Assembly (NCBI GenBank): GCA_023128965.1
Contig: JAGMCY010000160.1
Span: 1 to 50,865, forward strand
Source of the DNA: Candidatus Aenigmatarchaeota archaeon
GTDB taxonomy: Archaea > Aenigmatarchaeota > Aenigmatarchaeia > QMZP01 > QMZT01
Direction: 5' to 3'
Length of the DNA: 50,865 nucleotides
In this document: piece after piece, positions 19,960 to 29,539 of the stretch
How the letters are laid out: the number at the start of each line of letters is the position of its first letter
Numbering within the stretch: the stretch's first letter is position 1
The notes under the pieces: model-generated
Seen by the model: the letters and a program-made list of their open reading frames with translations, nothing else
Told to the model about the DNA's origin: nothing
Database searches by the model: none
Translations under genes and position numbers: made by a program

Positions 19960-22320
19960 ATGAAAATTAAGAGACTAATTGTCGGTAGTGCAGCAGCACT
20001 AGCAACAGGAGCAGCACTTTTAGTAGGTGGCTTGGCAGCAACAACATTCAGTGACGGAATGGGAACGGCCTTCTTTGAAAAAACGGACTCCACTTACAAA
20101 TCTCCATTAATAGTGATAGGAGACACAGCAGGCATAGTGGACGTTGTTGGGGCGACAGATATAGCAGCAAGTTTTGTTTCAAACTATGCTGTTGATGAAA
20201 GAACCGTTCCGGCAGCAGGGGCAGAAACAAGTGTCACGAACGGCGTTCTCATAGATAGCGACTTGAATAAGACCTATCTCGGACAGGGGTTTAATGTAGT
20301 GAAATCGGTGATAACGGAAAGTGATCTTCCGGACCTTTTGAAATCGAAGACTTTCACTGACATGAACGCGACAACATCAACCTACACCCAGAAAATAATT
20401 CCAGCAGGTAGTTGGGCTGCTTTCAGCGTACCGAGCGGGGAAACAGTACCTAGTTTGCACATTCCCGTGACCACGACCATTACACCCTACAACCTTACGA
20501 TAACATTCATAGGTGGTCTTGACCCAACAGCAGTTGACACAACATACAAGCTAACGATGTTCGGGAAGGATTACACGTTTGGAAACACGCACACGAACAC
20601 GACGCTGGAATTCTATTCCTCTGCAGGTGCTCAGATAGTGGATCTTAGCGGAGCAGGGGATGAGGAATCAGTTGAAGTTGGCACCCAGACATTCACGATT
20701 AAGTTGAATGGTTGGGACACTGGCGGAACGAAGGCGTACATGGCGGTTAACGGCGAATCATACACATGGAATGAATTGGGTACGTACACCGTCTCGGGTG
20801 TGAAGTTCTACGTTCAGTCGGTAGATGTCATATACACAGGCGCTCAGGAAGCAACAGGAATGGTAAAGATATTCGTTGGTACGGACAAGCTTTCCCTGAT
20901 TAACGGACAGCAGATCCAGAAAAACGATGTTACCAAGAACACGTATGTGTACATAAGTTCTCCGTCAGCAACCAAGATAAACTCGATAACATTCGAGGTT
21001 TACCCTGATGACGACTTGGTTGTGAACTACAACCCAGATGTGGACCCAGAGACTGTAGCAATGGCAGACCCCGTCTTCGGTTCATTCAAAACCGTTATCA
21101 AAGACATGACACCTGGAATGACCGATGACCTAAGGGATCTTGTAAAGGTAGCCTCTGATTCCTCAAACGTGAAGCTGACCTTCACGAACAAGGACGGGAT
21201 GGAGTACACGAACATACCAGTGTTCTACGCTAACACCACAGGTTTCTTCAAGCAGACAAACAACATATACAAGTTCCGGACAACGGAGTGCAACGAAACA
21301 GATGGTACGAACAACATCACCAAGGGCGATTACTTCGTGGTTTCAAGCGCGGATTACTCTTACATCCTGAAGTATACGTCCTACAACTACGACGTTTCCG
21401 ATTCGTCAAAGACATACGTGACTCTAACCGATCTTTCCACCAACACCGCTTACAAGGTTTACCCGAACGTTGGTGAGAAGTTGACGATCGGTTCGTTGGA
21501 GTTCCCGATTAAGTGGAACGGAAATGCGATCAAGACAATTTGCGTCAGCCTTAACGGAGATGCAGACTACGCTCTAGATCAGGTGAACATAACGACCGGG
21601 GGCAATGCAAAAATAGACTTGACGAATACAGGTGATGTGCTGGTAACCGAAGATGACCTTTACACCATTACTGACAGCAACGATCCAGCTGGGATCACAA
21701 TGAACGTCTCAGGAAGTTACACTTCAACGACAGGCGTCAGGTTCACCATGAGCCCGAATCCGCTTCAGGTTGGTACGGAAAACACATGGAAATACGTGAC
21801 CAACTACGGTAGCTACATATACACGATTGGTGACAACAACGGTAAGAACAACGTAGAGATATACAACCCAGGACAAAGGCCGGCACCAGCAAACATCGCT
21901 ATCGGTACCAACCCGGTTATATCAACGGTAGCTGGAGCTGCTGGTGGAACGTACAACGCAGCCATTCCAATCACGAACCCGATAACAAAGTTCGCGAGCG
22001 AAATAACAGCGGATTCCACATTAGACAAGAACATCGTACTTGTGGGCGGTCCGTGTGTGAACACCATAGTGAAGACTTTGCTCAATGAGGATTGGAACGT
22101 AACAGATTCCTGTACCTATTGGCTCCAAGAACACGAAGACCTTAAGGGCGCTGGACACGGCTTGATAAAGATCGTAGAGGACGTTTTCGGATCAGGCAAG
22201 AAAGCGCTGATAGTTGCTGGAACATCGGGGTCTGACACGAGGAACTTGATAGCCAACAAGGTCATCAAACCGACAGTGTACACAGGGTTGTCAGGATCTG
22301 AATACGCAGGAGCTGTCTAA
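19960..22320 (+). CDS. Secreted S-layer-like surface glycoprotein
   Basis: N-terminal signal MKIKRLIVGSAAALATGAALLVGGLAA. Thr/Asn-rich, with many N-x-S/T sequons. The C-terminal NIVLVGGPCVN...ALIVAGTSGSDTRNL resembles the archaeal S-layer C-terminal domain. Strong GGGAGGT Shine-Dalgarno sequence. Confidence 0.55.
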   Translation: MKIKRLIVGSAAALATGAALLVGGLAATTFSDGMGTAFFEKTDSTYKSPLIVIGDTAGIVDVVGATDIAASFVSNYAVDERTVPAAGAETSVTNGVLIDSDLNKTYLGQGFNVVKSVITESDLPDLLKSKTFTDMNATTSTYTQKIIPAGSWAAFSVPSGETVPSLHIPVTTTITPYNLTITFIGGLDPTAVDTTYKLTMFGKDYTFGNTHTNTTLEFYSSAGAQIVDLSGAGDEESVEVGTQTFTIKLNGWDTGGTKAYMAVNGESYTWNELGTYTVSGVKFYVQSVDVIYTGAQEATGMVKIFVGTDKLSLINGQQIQKNDVTKNTYVYISSPSATKINSITFEVYPDDDLVVNYNPDVDPETVAMADPVFGSFKTVIKDMTPGMTDDLRDLVKVASDSSNVKLTFTNKDGMEYTNIPVFYANTTGFFKQTNNIYKFRTTECNETDGTNNITKGDYFVVSSADYSYILKYTSYNYDVSDSSKTYVTLTDLSTNTAYKVYPNVGEKLTIGSLEFPIKWNGNAIKTICVSLNGDADYALDQVNITTGGNAKIDLTNTGDVLVTEDDLYTITDSNDPAGITMNVSGSYTSTTGVRFTMSPNPLQVGTENTWKYVTNYGSYIYTIGDNNGKNNVEIYNPGQRPAPANIAIGTNPVISTVAGAAGGTYNAAIPITNPITKFASEITADSTLDKNIVLVGGPCVNTIVKTLLNEDWNVTDSCTYWLQEHEDLKGAGHGLIKIVEDVFGSGKKALIVAGTSGSDTRNLIANKVIKPTVYTGLSGSEYAGAV

Positions 22321-22346
22321 ACCACCGGAACAAAAATCCAAAACCC

Positions 22347-22363
22347 TTTTTCTTTTTATTTTT
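22347..22363 (+). terminator. Oligo-T tract (archaeal-type terminator candidate)
   Basis: TTTTTCTTTTTATTTTT about 27 nt after the stop codon. Confidence 0.35.
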
Positions 22364-22409
22364 AACCCTTTACAGACGTGAGTCTAGAGAACGTATTATT
22401 TTCGAAAAT

Positions 22410-23072
22410 TCATTCGCAGAATGATAACTGATTATTCACACCGCAGAATATTTCTATCAGTTCTTCCTTGTTCCTGAATCCTTCATATTTTTCTTCGCTC
22501 ACGACAATTGCAGGCGCTTCAGAAATGCCGTAATGCTTGACTATCAGCTGTATAACAGGCTCGTCCATATCCTTGTCTATAGCGAAAATGTGGAGATTCT
22601 CTTTCTCTTCATTTTCAACCAGATAATCAAGAACGTAACCCTGAGATTTACAGATATCCGAATCCATTTCGAAAAAGTACAAGACATTCATCCTGTTGGT
22701 CTCGCATCTTTCTGCCAGTTCTTTGGAAAAAAGCCAGTCCTCTATAAGCGATACTAAGTACCTTCTTTTAAGAATATCGAAGTATTTTTCATTTATGCCT
22801 TCGGGGTTGACGATCTTGTTTCCGAGTTCCCACGCTTTCTTATCTATATCCCTAATCCTTTCGGTAAGATACGGACAGATTGTATCGTTCGCGAGCATGT
22901 CGAGGAACACGAGCTCGAGTTGTATGTTGCGCAATTCCAACTCGTTCTTGTCCATTTCCGATTTAAGCTCCTCCAGCTGAATGTCAAGCATGGTGAAACC
23001 CAAAAGAAATCCTATCAGGAATATCGCCAAAGAAACAACTCCTGCGACAAAATAAGGTTTATTCTTCACCAT
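22410..23072 (-). CDS. Membrane-anchored hypothetical protein (coiled coil plus Cys-containing C-terminal domain)
   Basis: One N-terminal TM helix. Overlaps the stop of the upstream GT2 gene by 7 nt, consistent with an operon. Confidence 0.4.
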   Translation of the reverse strand: MVKNKPYFVAGVVSLAIFLIGFLLGFTMLDIQLEELKSEMDKNELELRNIQLELVFLDMLANDTICPYLTERIRDIDKKAWELGNKIVNPEGINEKYFDILKRRYLVSLIEDWLFSKELAERCETNRMNVLYFFEMDSDICKSQGYVLDYLVENEEKENLHIFAIDKDMDEPVIQLIVKHYGISEAPAIVVSEEKYEGFRNKEELIEIFCGVNNQLSFCE

Positions 23073-24307
23073 TTGTATTCACTTCTCCTGATCTCATAAT
23101 AGAAAACGCACAGCCATATCATTACGTTAATCAATGGATAAAGGGGTATGTACAATATGTATTCCAGTTTATTGATGTTTTCCTTTATCTGCCTGCTCCC
23201 CAGATTTATCAGAAGTGCAAGCGCTATCAAAGTAACAGCGAAAAGGCTCACGTTGAAATAATTTAAATTAAAATTACCGAGGTGTGTCAGTATATATGGA
23301 ATATCAAAACCTATATGGTAATAGCTGAATAAGGTGCTGTAAACGGCTTTGGTTAAATTGTAAAGACCGTAAAGCAGGACAGGGATTGTGAGGAGTACGA
23401 GAATGTATTGGGACGGGAGCACGAACCATCCCAGATGGCTGAACTTCCTTCCAAAAAACAAACTGGTGTATTTTTTCGAATTGTAAATAAAACCCCTTGT
23501 CCACCTTATCCTCTGGGACCAGAAATTTGAGAATGATTCGGGGGTATTCGTCTTTACCACGGCATTCAAGGACGTCTCTATCTTGTAACCTTTGCTTTGC
23601 AAACGCATGCCCATTTCAAGGTCTTCCGTGAAGTTGTTTTCGTCCCAGCCCCCGAGCTGTTTTACCACGCTTGTCCTGTAAAGCGCAAATGCCGGGGTCA
23701 TGTACAGCGCTCCAAGGAAAGTGAGCAGTTTCCTGACTAATGCTGTGAAGGTGTATTCCACCTTCTGGAGTTTCTGGGGAAAGGTTTCCGAATACATGGG
23801 TTTTATTGTGGCTATAACGCTTCCTGTATTTTTTTTGTTGAAGTATGTTATGGAGTTCATTAAGGAGTTGTTTTCCAGAATGGAATCACCGTCAATGAAT
23901 CCCACAAGATCGGTTTTCACATGTCTGAGAGCGGTATTCAAGACAGCAGCCTTCCTCCTGTTTTCATTGTGCCTTAAAACCTTAATGTTTTTGTATTTTT
24001 TAGCATAGAATTCCGCTATCTTTGCGGTGTTATCAGTAGAGGCGTCGTCAACCACTATTATCTCTAACTTGTTTTTAGGGTAACCCTGATTCAGAAGGGA
24101 TTCTATGGTTTTTCCAAGCGTCTTCTCCTCGTTGTAAGCGGGTATTATCATCGTAAGGGTGGGGGTTTTACTGGGTTTTTCAGGATCCTTTTCCATTTCC
24201 TCTTTCTTCTCAAAGAATACCATGAACCAGAACACTGAGATGAACAGAGTTACGTATATCAAAACGTAATACAGCATATCGAAAAGGATGATCTCGGCCA
24301 TAATCAT
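23066..24307 (-). CDS. Processive family-2 glycosyltransferase (cellulose/chitin/PNAG-synthase-like)
   Basis: VVDDASTD, GFIDGDS, TEDLEM and QRIRWTRG (QxxRW) motifs, plus flanking TM helices. Confidence 0.75.
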   Translation of the reverse strand: MIMAEIILFDMLYYVLIYVTLFISVFWFMVFFEKKEEMEKDPEKPSKTPTLTMIIPAYNEEKTLGKTIESLLNQGYPKNKLEIIVVDDASTDNTAKIAEFYAKKYKNIKVLRHNENRRKAAVLNTALRHVKTDLVGFIDGDSILENNSLMNSITYFNKKNTGSVIATIKPMYSETFPQKLQKVEYTFTALVRKLLTFLGALYMTPAFALYRTSVVKQLGGWDENNFTEDLEMGMRLQSKGYKIETSLNAVVKTNTPESFSNFWSQRIRWTRGFIYNSKKYTSLFFGRKFSHLGWFVLPSQYILVLLTIPVLLYGLYNLTKAVYSTLFSYYHIGFDIPYILTHLGNFNLNYFNVSLFAVTLIALALLINLGSRQIKENINKLEYILYIPLYPLINVMIWLCVFYYEIRRSEYKW

Positions 24308-24357
24308 ATTTTAGATTTTGTTCTATTAAATCTTTAAAAGGCCGAAATTCCGTAAAT

Positions 24358-25743
24358 TCACGAAAGCAACATCCTGAAAAAGTTGGTCTCTACGGAGAAG
24401 TTGTATTTAAGGTATAACGATTCGTTCAGCTGCTCGAGATACGTTTTATCGAAAACGTACGGTTCCATGCACTTGCTCCTGTCTCCTAGAATCACGTATC
24501 TTTCAGTTTCCTCAATTACAGGGAACTGTTTTAAGAAGCTTGAATTTCTTGCGTAATCCGGTTCTGGATCTTTGTATATGACAATCCTGTATCCTTTATC
24601 CAAGTACTCCCTGACCCTGAAATCCCTGGGATTTGGTTCTGCCGGTCTTCCGAGATAGTTTATAATCACCCATCTGTTTGAACTTATCATGCAATTCTCG
24701 GTGACGTTAGGATAATCTGAAGGGTTTGAAAAGATTGAATTGGTCGCCCCACTTGGTGAAATTATGATGGTCCATAATATAAAAACGCCCAAACAGATAT
24801 TTAATAAACCAATATGCTCAGCCTTTATTTTGAACCTTTCCAGACCAATAACAGAAAAATAAACAAACGGTAAAATAAGGTTAAACAGAAATCTGGGATA
24901 TTTTAAAGATGCGTTGTAATACGAAAAAAAGGTGATAATTAAAATTAATATCATAACCCAGTCTTTTCGGTTCATGCGTCTGTCGCTTACTTTAAGCCAG
25001 AGTCCGATTAAAAACAACGGTAAAAGGTAATTTACCACTAAAATAAAATCGTAAATGTCAAATGGCATGAACATGTAGTCTCTGTATTTAATGTTCAAGG
25101 CATAATAATCGGCAAAACTTGTAAGAGGACTTCCCGAAAATGCTAGATTAAACCATAACCATGGCAGAAATAACAATATGGATATTCCAATAAAAATCGC
25201 TATTTTTTTGAAATTCTTTGTGAAAAGGACCACGGGTAAATATATAAAATTTGTGTACCTCAAAAGAGCATTTAACGCAAAGGATGTTCCTGATTTAAGT
25301 CCGTCATTCTTTAAAAGATAAAAAACGAACAACTGCAAGAGTGCAAGGGATAGTAATTCCGTTCCCACACTTAATCCAAAAAGCAGAAGGAAGGGGTTTA
25401 TGGAGAGTGCGTAAAAAATCCTTTTATCCACATTTAGTATTTCGGATATCTTCAAACAAGAAATAAGGTAAAGCGAAGAGACAAAAATTAAGTACATATA
25501 TTCAGCTACCAGCCAGCCAAACAAGCTGAATAAACCGATTAACACCGACGCTAAAGGAGGTCTCAGCAACTCGAAATAAAAACCGTTACTGAAAATGTAT
25601 TTTGCATTTAGCACGTAGGCTGCAAAATCCCAAGAAATGCCCGTGGTGTGCTGGTAAATAAAAAACATTGTTGAGAAGAGGTAAAGTAAAACTATAAGTT
25701 TGTTTTCAAAAATGATGTCCTTTATATTTTCTGTTTTGATCAT
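24358..25743 (-). CDS. Polytopic membrane protein, GT-C (ArnT/PMT-like) candidate with a C-terminal soluble domain
   Basis: About 11 hydrophobic helices, an early-loop LLRPPL motif, and a context of glycosyltransferases. Confidence 0.4.
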   Translation of the reverse strand: MIKTENIKDIIFENKLIVLLYLFSTMFFIYQHTTGISWDFAAYVLNAKYIFSNGFYFELLRPPLASVLIGLFSLFGWLVAEYMYLIFVSSLYLISCLKISEILNVDKRIFYALSINPFLLLFGLSVGTELLSLALLQLFVFYLLKNDGLKSGTSFALNALLRYTNFIYLPVVLFTKNFKKIAIFIGISILLFLPWLWFNLAFSGSPLTSFADYYALNIKYRDYMFMPFDIYDFILVVNYLLPLFLIGLWLKVSDRRMNRKDWVMILILIITFFSYYNASLKYPRFLFNLILPFVYFSVIGLERFKIKAEHIGLLNICLGVFILWTIIISPSGATNSIFSNPSDYPNVTENCMISSNRWVIINYLGRPAEPNPRDFRVREYLDKGYRIVIYKDPEPDYARNSSFLKQFPVIEETERYVILGDRSKCMEPYVFDKTYLEQLNESLYLKYNFSVETNFFRMLLS

Positions 25744-25793
25744 TATTATTAGTAAAAATCCTCATTTTAATATCTTTCAGGGATAATTTTATT

Positions 25794-27314
25794 ATGAAAA
25801 AACTGGTTTTTCTGCTTCTTATAATTGTGGTTTTAGCGTTCTCGATTCTCCCTACCATCACCGAAATCGGTGGGTTTGATGCCGACCCTTACGGGAAAAA
25901 TTACGATTTTGAATTCGTGCTGAAAGCGACCGGTTCGAACAAGGAGACTTTTACCGGAAACCTCACAAGCCTTTTGAACGAAAACATAAGCGATTTTGCA
26001 AAGGGGGATATCCTCCTGATTCTTGGAAGGATTGAGAGGAACGAAACGAAAATATGCAAATCCTTCGAATACTATGAGAATTCCCTTTCAGATGATCAGG
26101 AGAAAAACGCGGTTATATACGAAACTCTCGCTTCCCTGGGCTGCGGGAAGGGTAAGAAAGGTTATCTGCTGAATGCCTCGAGTATCTGGAAATCCATGGG
26201 GAACGAATTCCGTTCGAAACTCGATGTATCCCTCGCTTTGGAAGAGGAGATCGATTTCGAAATGGATACGAGTGAACTGCCTGAATTCAATCTCGAGGTT
26301 CCCGAGAACGCCACAAAATTTGTCATAGGGAATTCGATAATCAGACTGGGAAAAGACGATATTCTGGTTTCCCAGGCTGACAGGGTTGTGAGGGACTGGC
26401 TGAGCTATCAGATTTACGATATTCGGAGTGAAGATTTGCTCACGATGTTTTCAGAAAGGTTGACATACGATAAGAATGAACTTCTTCCTGAAATAGGATG
26501 GCATGAGGGCGCGAGAATCTCTGAGATGAGGAATACGGGTCTCAAACACTTAACATCGTATGGAACGATCGCTAAGAAGTTCGAAGGTAAATGGTATGCG
26601 CCCGATGAAAGGGGGGTTTTCAGGTTCGAGGTTCCGATAGATAAGATCCTTTACCCGACCACGCGTTTCCTCAGGAATGATATAGCCGTGATAATTGATA
26701 CGCACGGCATAAACACGCTGGTGGAACAGGCAATAAGGCTAAATGCAAGCGTGGTTGTCGGTTGTTGCGATCATCCCGGTAAAATAAAGGCAGCCCTGTA
26801 TCTAAATGAAATGGGAATAAAATCGATATGCCTCACTGACAAATACCTGCCGCTTGCCATGGGGAGCGGAGCGAATATTCTCGGATCCCCGCCGATAAGG
26901 AAGGAGGGGGAACGCGTGATTCTCGGAAATAGACCGTTAGAGTTCGGGATGAACGAAACGTTCGTTGTAATGGATGTTTCAGGCGAGAAGTTTGGTCTGA
27001 ATTATTACGAAACCCCGAAAATCTATTTCAGGCAGCTTGAAGGGTTTCTTAACATTGATGTGCATTATGCCTTGATATATGATTTCGGTCAGATGGAGAA
27101 TGTTATAAACCTCTCCGAAACATACGAAGCGAACACGATAGCCGTCAGGGTTTTCAATTCGGATGATTACAGGAAAGTAAAAGGATGGTTGGAAGAAGAT
27201 GAGAATCGCAAGGCGATACTTTTCCATTCGGTTTCGTATCCCTATGGTTACAAGTTGTTGAAAGAATTCCCGGAGCAGACCACTTTTGATGACATCAAGC
27301 CTGAGTTTTCCTGA
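25794..27314 (+). CDS. Hypothetical secreted or membrane-anchored protein
   Basis: 506 aa with N-terminal hydrophobic segment MKKLVFLLLIIVVLAFSILP; no recognised motif. Confidence 0.4.
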   Translation: MKKLVFLLLIIVVLAFSILPTITEIGGFDADPYGKNYDFEFVLKATGSNKETFTGNLTSLLNENISDFAKGDILLILGRIERNETKICKSFEYYENSLSDDQEKNAVIYETLASLGCGKGKKGYLLNASSIWKSMGNEFRSKLDVSLALEEEIDFEMDTSELPEFNLEVPENATKFVIGNSIIRLGKDDILVSQADRVVRDWLSYQIYDIRSEDLLTMFSERLTYDKNELLPEIGWHEGARISEMRNTGLKHLTSYGTIAKKFEGKWYAPDERGVFRFEVPIDKILYPTTRFLRNDIAVIIDTHGINTLVEQAIRLNASVVVGCCDHPGKIKAALYLNEMGIKSICLTDKYLPLAMGSGANILGSPPIRKEGERVILGNRPLEFGMNETFVVMDVSGEKFGLNYYETPKIYFRQLEGFLNIDVHYALIYDFGQMENVINLSETYEANTIAVRVFNSDDYRKVKGWLEEDENRKAILFHSVSYPYGYKLLKEFPEQTTFDDIKPEFS

Positions 27315-28415
27315 TTATCTGTTTACCTTATACCAATACAATTTTACCAGATGTTTCAGATAATTCATGTCCTCTTTTGGGCCCAGTTTACTCTTCCCAG
27401 CCCTCCGGTTAACAAACGTGTACGGAATTTCCCTTATTTTAGAATACTCTCCCTTTACAAAAATTTCCAGTCCTATTTTGTAGCCATGAGGTTTCAGAAC
27501 CTTATTTTTTATAATATCCCTTTTGAAAAAGAAGAATCCAGACAGCGGATCTTTTACAGTAGTAAGGAGTTTTGCCAAGAGTCTCGCGCCCCTCGAGATG
27601 ATTTTTCTCTTGAAAGGCCATTCCTTTATTCCCCCTCCCTTCACGTACCTGCTCCCTACCGTGAGATCTGCCTGATTCGAAATTATTGGTTTAACAATAT
27701 CTGGGATCAGTTCAGGTGGGTGAGAAAAATCGGAATCCATCACACCAATGATATCCCCTTGTACTTTTTCGAAACCCTCCACCACAGCGGATGAAAGACC
27801 GAGTTTCGTTTTTCTGTGAATTACCTTCATTCTATATTTTGCCTTCATTTTTTCAGCTATTTCTCCCGTTCCATCCGGGGAGTTGTCATCCACCACCACA
27901 ACCTCGCCTCTTATCCCGCTCTTTTTAAAAACCCCGAAAATCTCAGGGATCAGCACCCCTATGTTTTCCTTCTCGTTATACGTCGGGATCACTATTGAAA
28001 CAAGCGGGTTCTTATGAACCCTGGGGGTTTTTATATATTTGTCATATCCCCATGTCTTTTTGAGGTTGATGAAATAATTCCAGTTGAAAACAACAAGGGC
28101 TGCAAGTATGTTGGAAATCAGATAATGTATCCCTAAAAATTCGGTGAACGCGAAGAGGAGGGTTATGTTCATCGCCATCCCTACAAGAGAAATCACGTTG
28201 TATTTCAAAAGTCTTTTGAACCACCTCCCTTTCTTTTCCCTGTCTATGAAAGTCCATCTCTCGTGCATGAAGAAGTTGAATACTACGCAAAACTCTACCG
28301 CTATAATGCCTGAAAAAACGTAGAAAATCCCGAAGAATTCTGTAAAGATATATAATAAAGTCTCTCCTACTATAAGACCCGTAAGACCAACAAGAGCGAA
28401 TTTCCCTATCCTCAT
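27315..28415 (-). CDS. GtrA-like 4-TM domain fused to a dolichyl/polyprenyl-phosphate mannose (hexose) synthase GT2 domain
   Basis: N-terminal 4 TM helices, then VSIVIPTYNEKENI, VVVDDNSPDGT and VMDSDFSHPP motifs. Confidence 0.75.
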   Translation of the reverse strand: MRIGKFALVGLTGLIVGETLLYIFTEFFGIFYVFSGIIAVEFCVVFNFFMHERWTFIDREKKGRWFKRLLKYNVISLVGMAMNITLLFAFTEFLGIHYLISNILAALVVFNWNYFINLKKTWGYDKYIKTPRVHKNPLVSIVIPTYNEKENIGVLIPEIFGVFKKSGIRGEVVVVDDNSPDGTGEIAEKMKAKYRMKVIHRKTKLGLSSAVVEGFEKVQGDIIGVMDSDFSHPPELIPDIVKPIISNQADLTVGSRYVKGGGIKEWPFKRKIISRGARLLAKLLTTVKDPLSGFFFFKRDIIKNKVLKPHGYKIGLEIFVKGEYSKIREIPYTFVNRRAGKSKLGPKEDMNYLKHLVKLYWYKVNR

Positions 28416-29504
28416 TTAACCACTTCTCCTAACTGATACCTCGTTCACGAGGACGGTTGCATACGACCCCCTTGGGATTTCGAATTCCAAGATGCATTTT
28501 AGCTTGTTCTCATTCATTTCATCATCCCCGAATCTCCATTTCATTCTTTTCGCTTTCACTACCCTTTCCCTTTCTCCTCCCTCACCCGAAAGCTCCGGCA
28601 TGGATTTTATTTTGAAGTTGGATTTTCGTATGTTCTCCCTTTTAAGGATTTTTTCTATTTGTTTCTTTGTTTTATATTTGGAAAAATCCGTCTGAAAACC
28701 TATTATTGGAATGCAAAGTTCTTTCGAAACCCTCGCTATCTCATTCCACAGATATGATTGGTAGGCGTGAACGAACATCCTCCTGAAATTCTTTGGTATT
28801 TTTCTTAACGCCCCTGCATAATCATTCGGGTTTTTCACTAAATGATTGAGTAGAGCGAGCTCGTTACGAAGTAATCCCGGGCATTCATTCAGGCCGAGTT
28901 TCAAATCCTTTGTCTTCCTCAGATTTTCCCTAAACCTCCTCATTTCCTCTTTCTTATCCCCTTCATGAGTTAGGTATGTCCAAACTGCTTCTTTCAAATT
29001 GTTTTTAAGGATTTCCTTCCCTACTAAATGCGTGTTGTTTCGGATTCCGAACCTCTGCTCACCGAAATAATTCACGAACCCGTTCTTTTTCACAATCTCC
29101 AGGTTTTTTTCCATTCTGTTTTTTTCCTTCTCCCCTATATCCCTTATTACAATCTCGAAAGAGTTCGCTTTCAGATCCCCGAGGTTTATCCGCTCCTTTT
29201 TATTCTCAAATCCCGAAAGCTCGATATCTTTAATCCTTATCTCCTTCAGTCTTTCAACAGGTACACTCCAGGCTGAAACTCTCTGGTACGTGATCGCCCG
29301 CTTGTCCTTAACGCCAGCGTATCCGAATCTCTTAATCGAAACGCCCAGTTTTTTGGATATTAGTTTCAGAGCACGGAAAAGATCCCAGTTCGTTTTCTTT
29401 AGCGTGAACCATATGTAAAATCCCTTCTCCTCTTTCCCTTTCGTTTGCTTTTCAAAAATCTCCCTGACCACGAAATCCTCCGGGATTTGCTTTATCCTCG
29501 GCAT
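28416..29504 (-). CDS. truD: tRNA pseudouridine synthase TruD/Pus7 family
   Basis: FGYAGVKDKRAITYQ catalytic motif. Confidence 0.8.
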   Translation of the reverse strand: MPRIKQIPEDFVVREIFEKQTKGKEEKGFYIWFTLKKTNWDLFRALKLISKKLGVSIKRFGYAGVKDKRAITYQRVSAWSVPVERLKEIRIKDIELSGFENKKERINLGDLKANSFEIVIRDIGEKEKNRMEKNLEIVKKNGFVNYFGEQRFGIRNNTHLVGKEILKNNLKEAVWTYLTHEGDKKEEMRRFRENLRKTKDLKLGLNECPGLLRNELALLNHLVKNPNDYAGALRKIPKNFRRMFVHAYQSYLWNEIARVSKELCIPIIGFQTDFSKYKTKKQIEKILKRENIRKSNFKIKSMPELSGEGGERERVVKAKRMKWRFGDDEMNENKLKCILEFEIPRGSYATVLVNEVSVRRSG

Positions 29505-29539
29505 AAGCAGTTTTTATTTTTAATATTTTTAATTTAATT

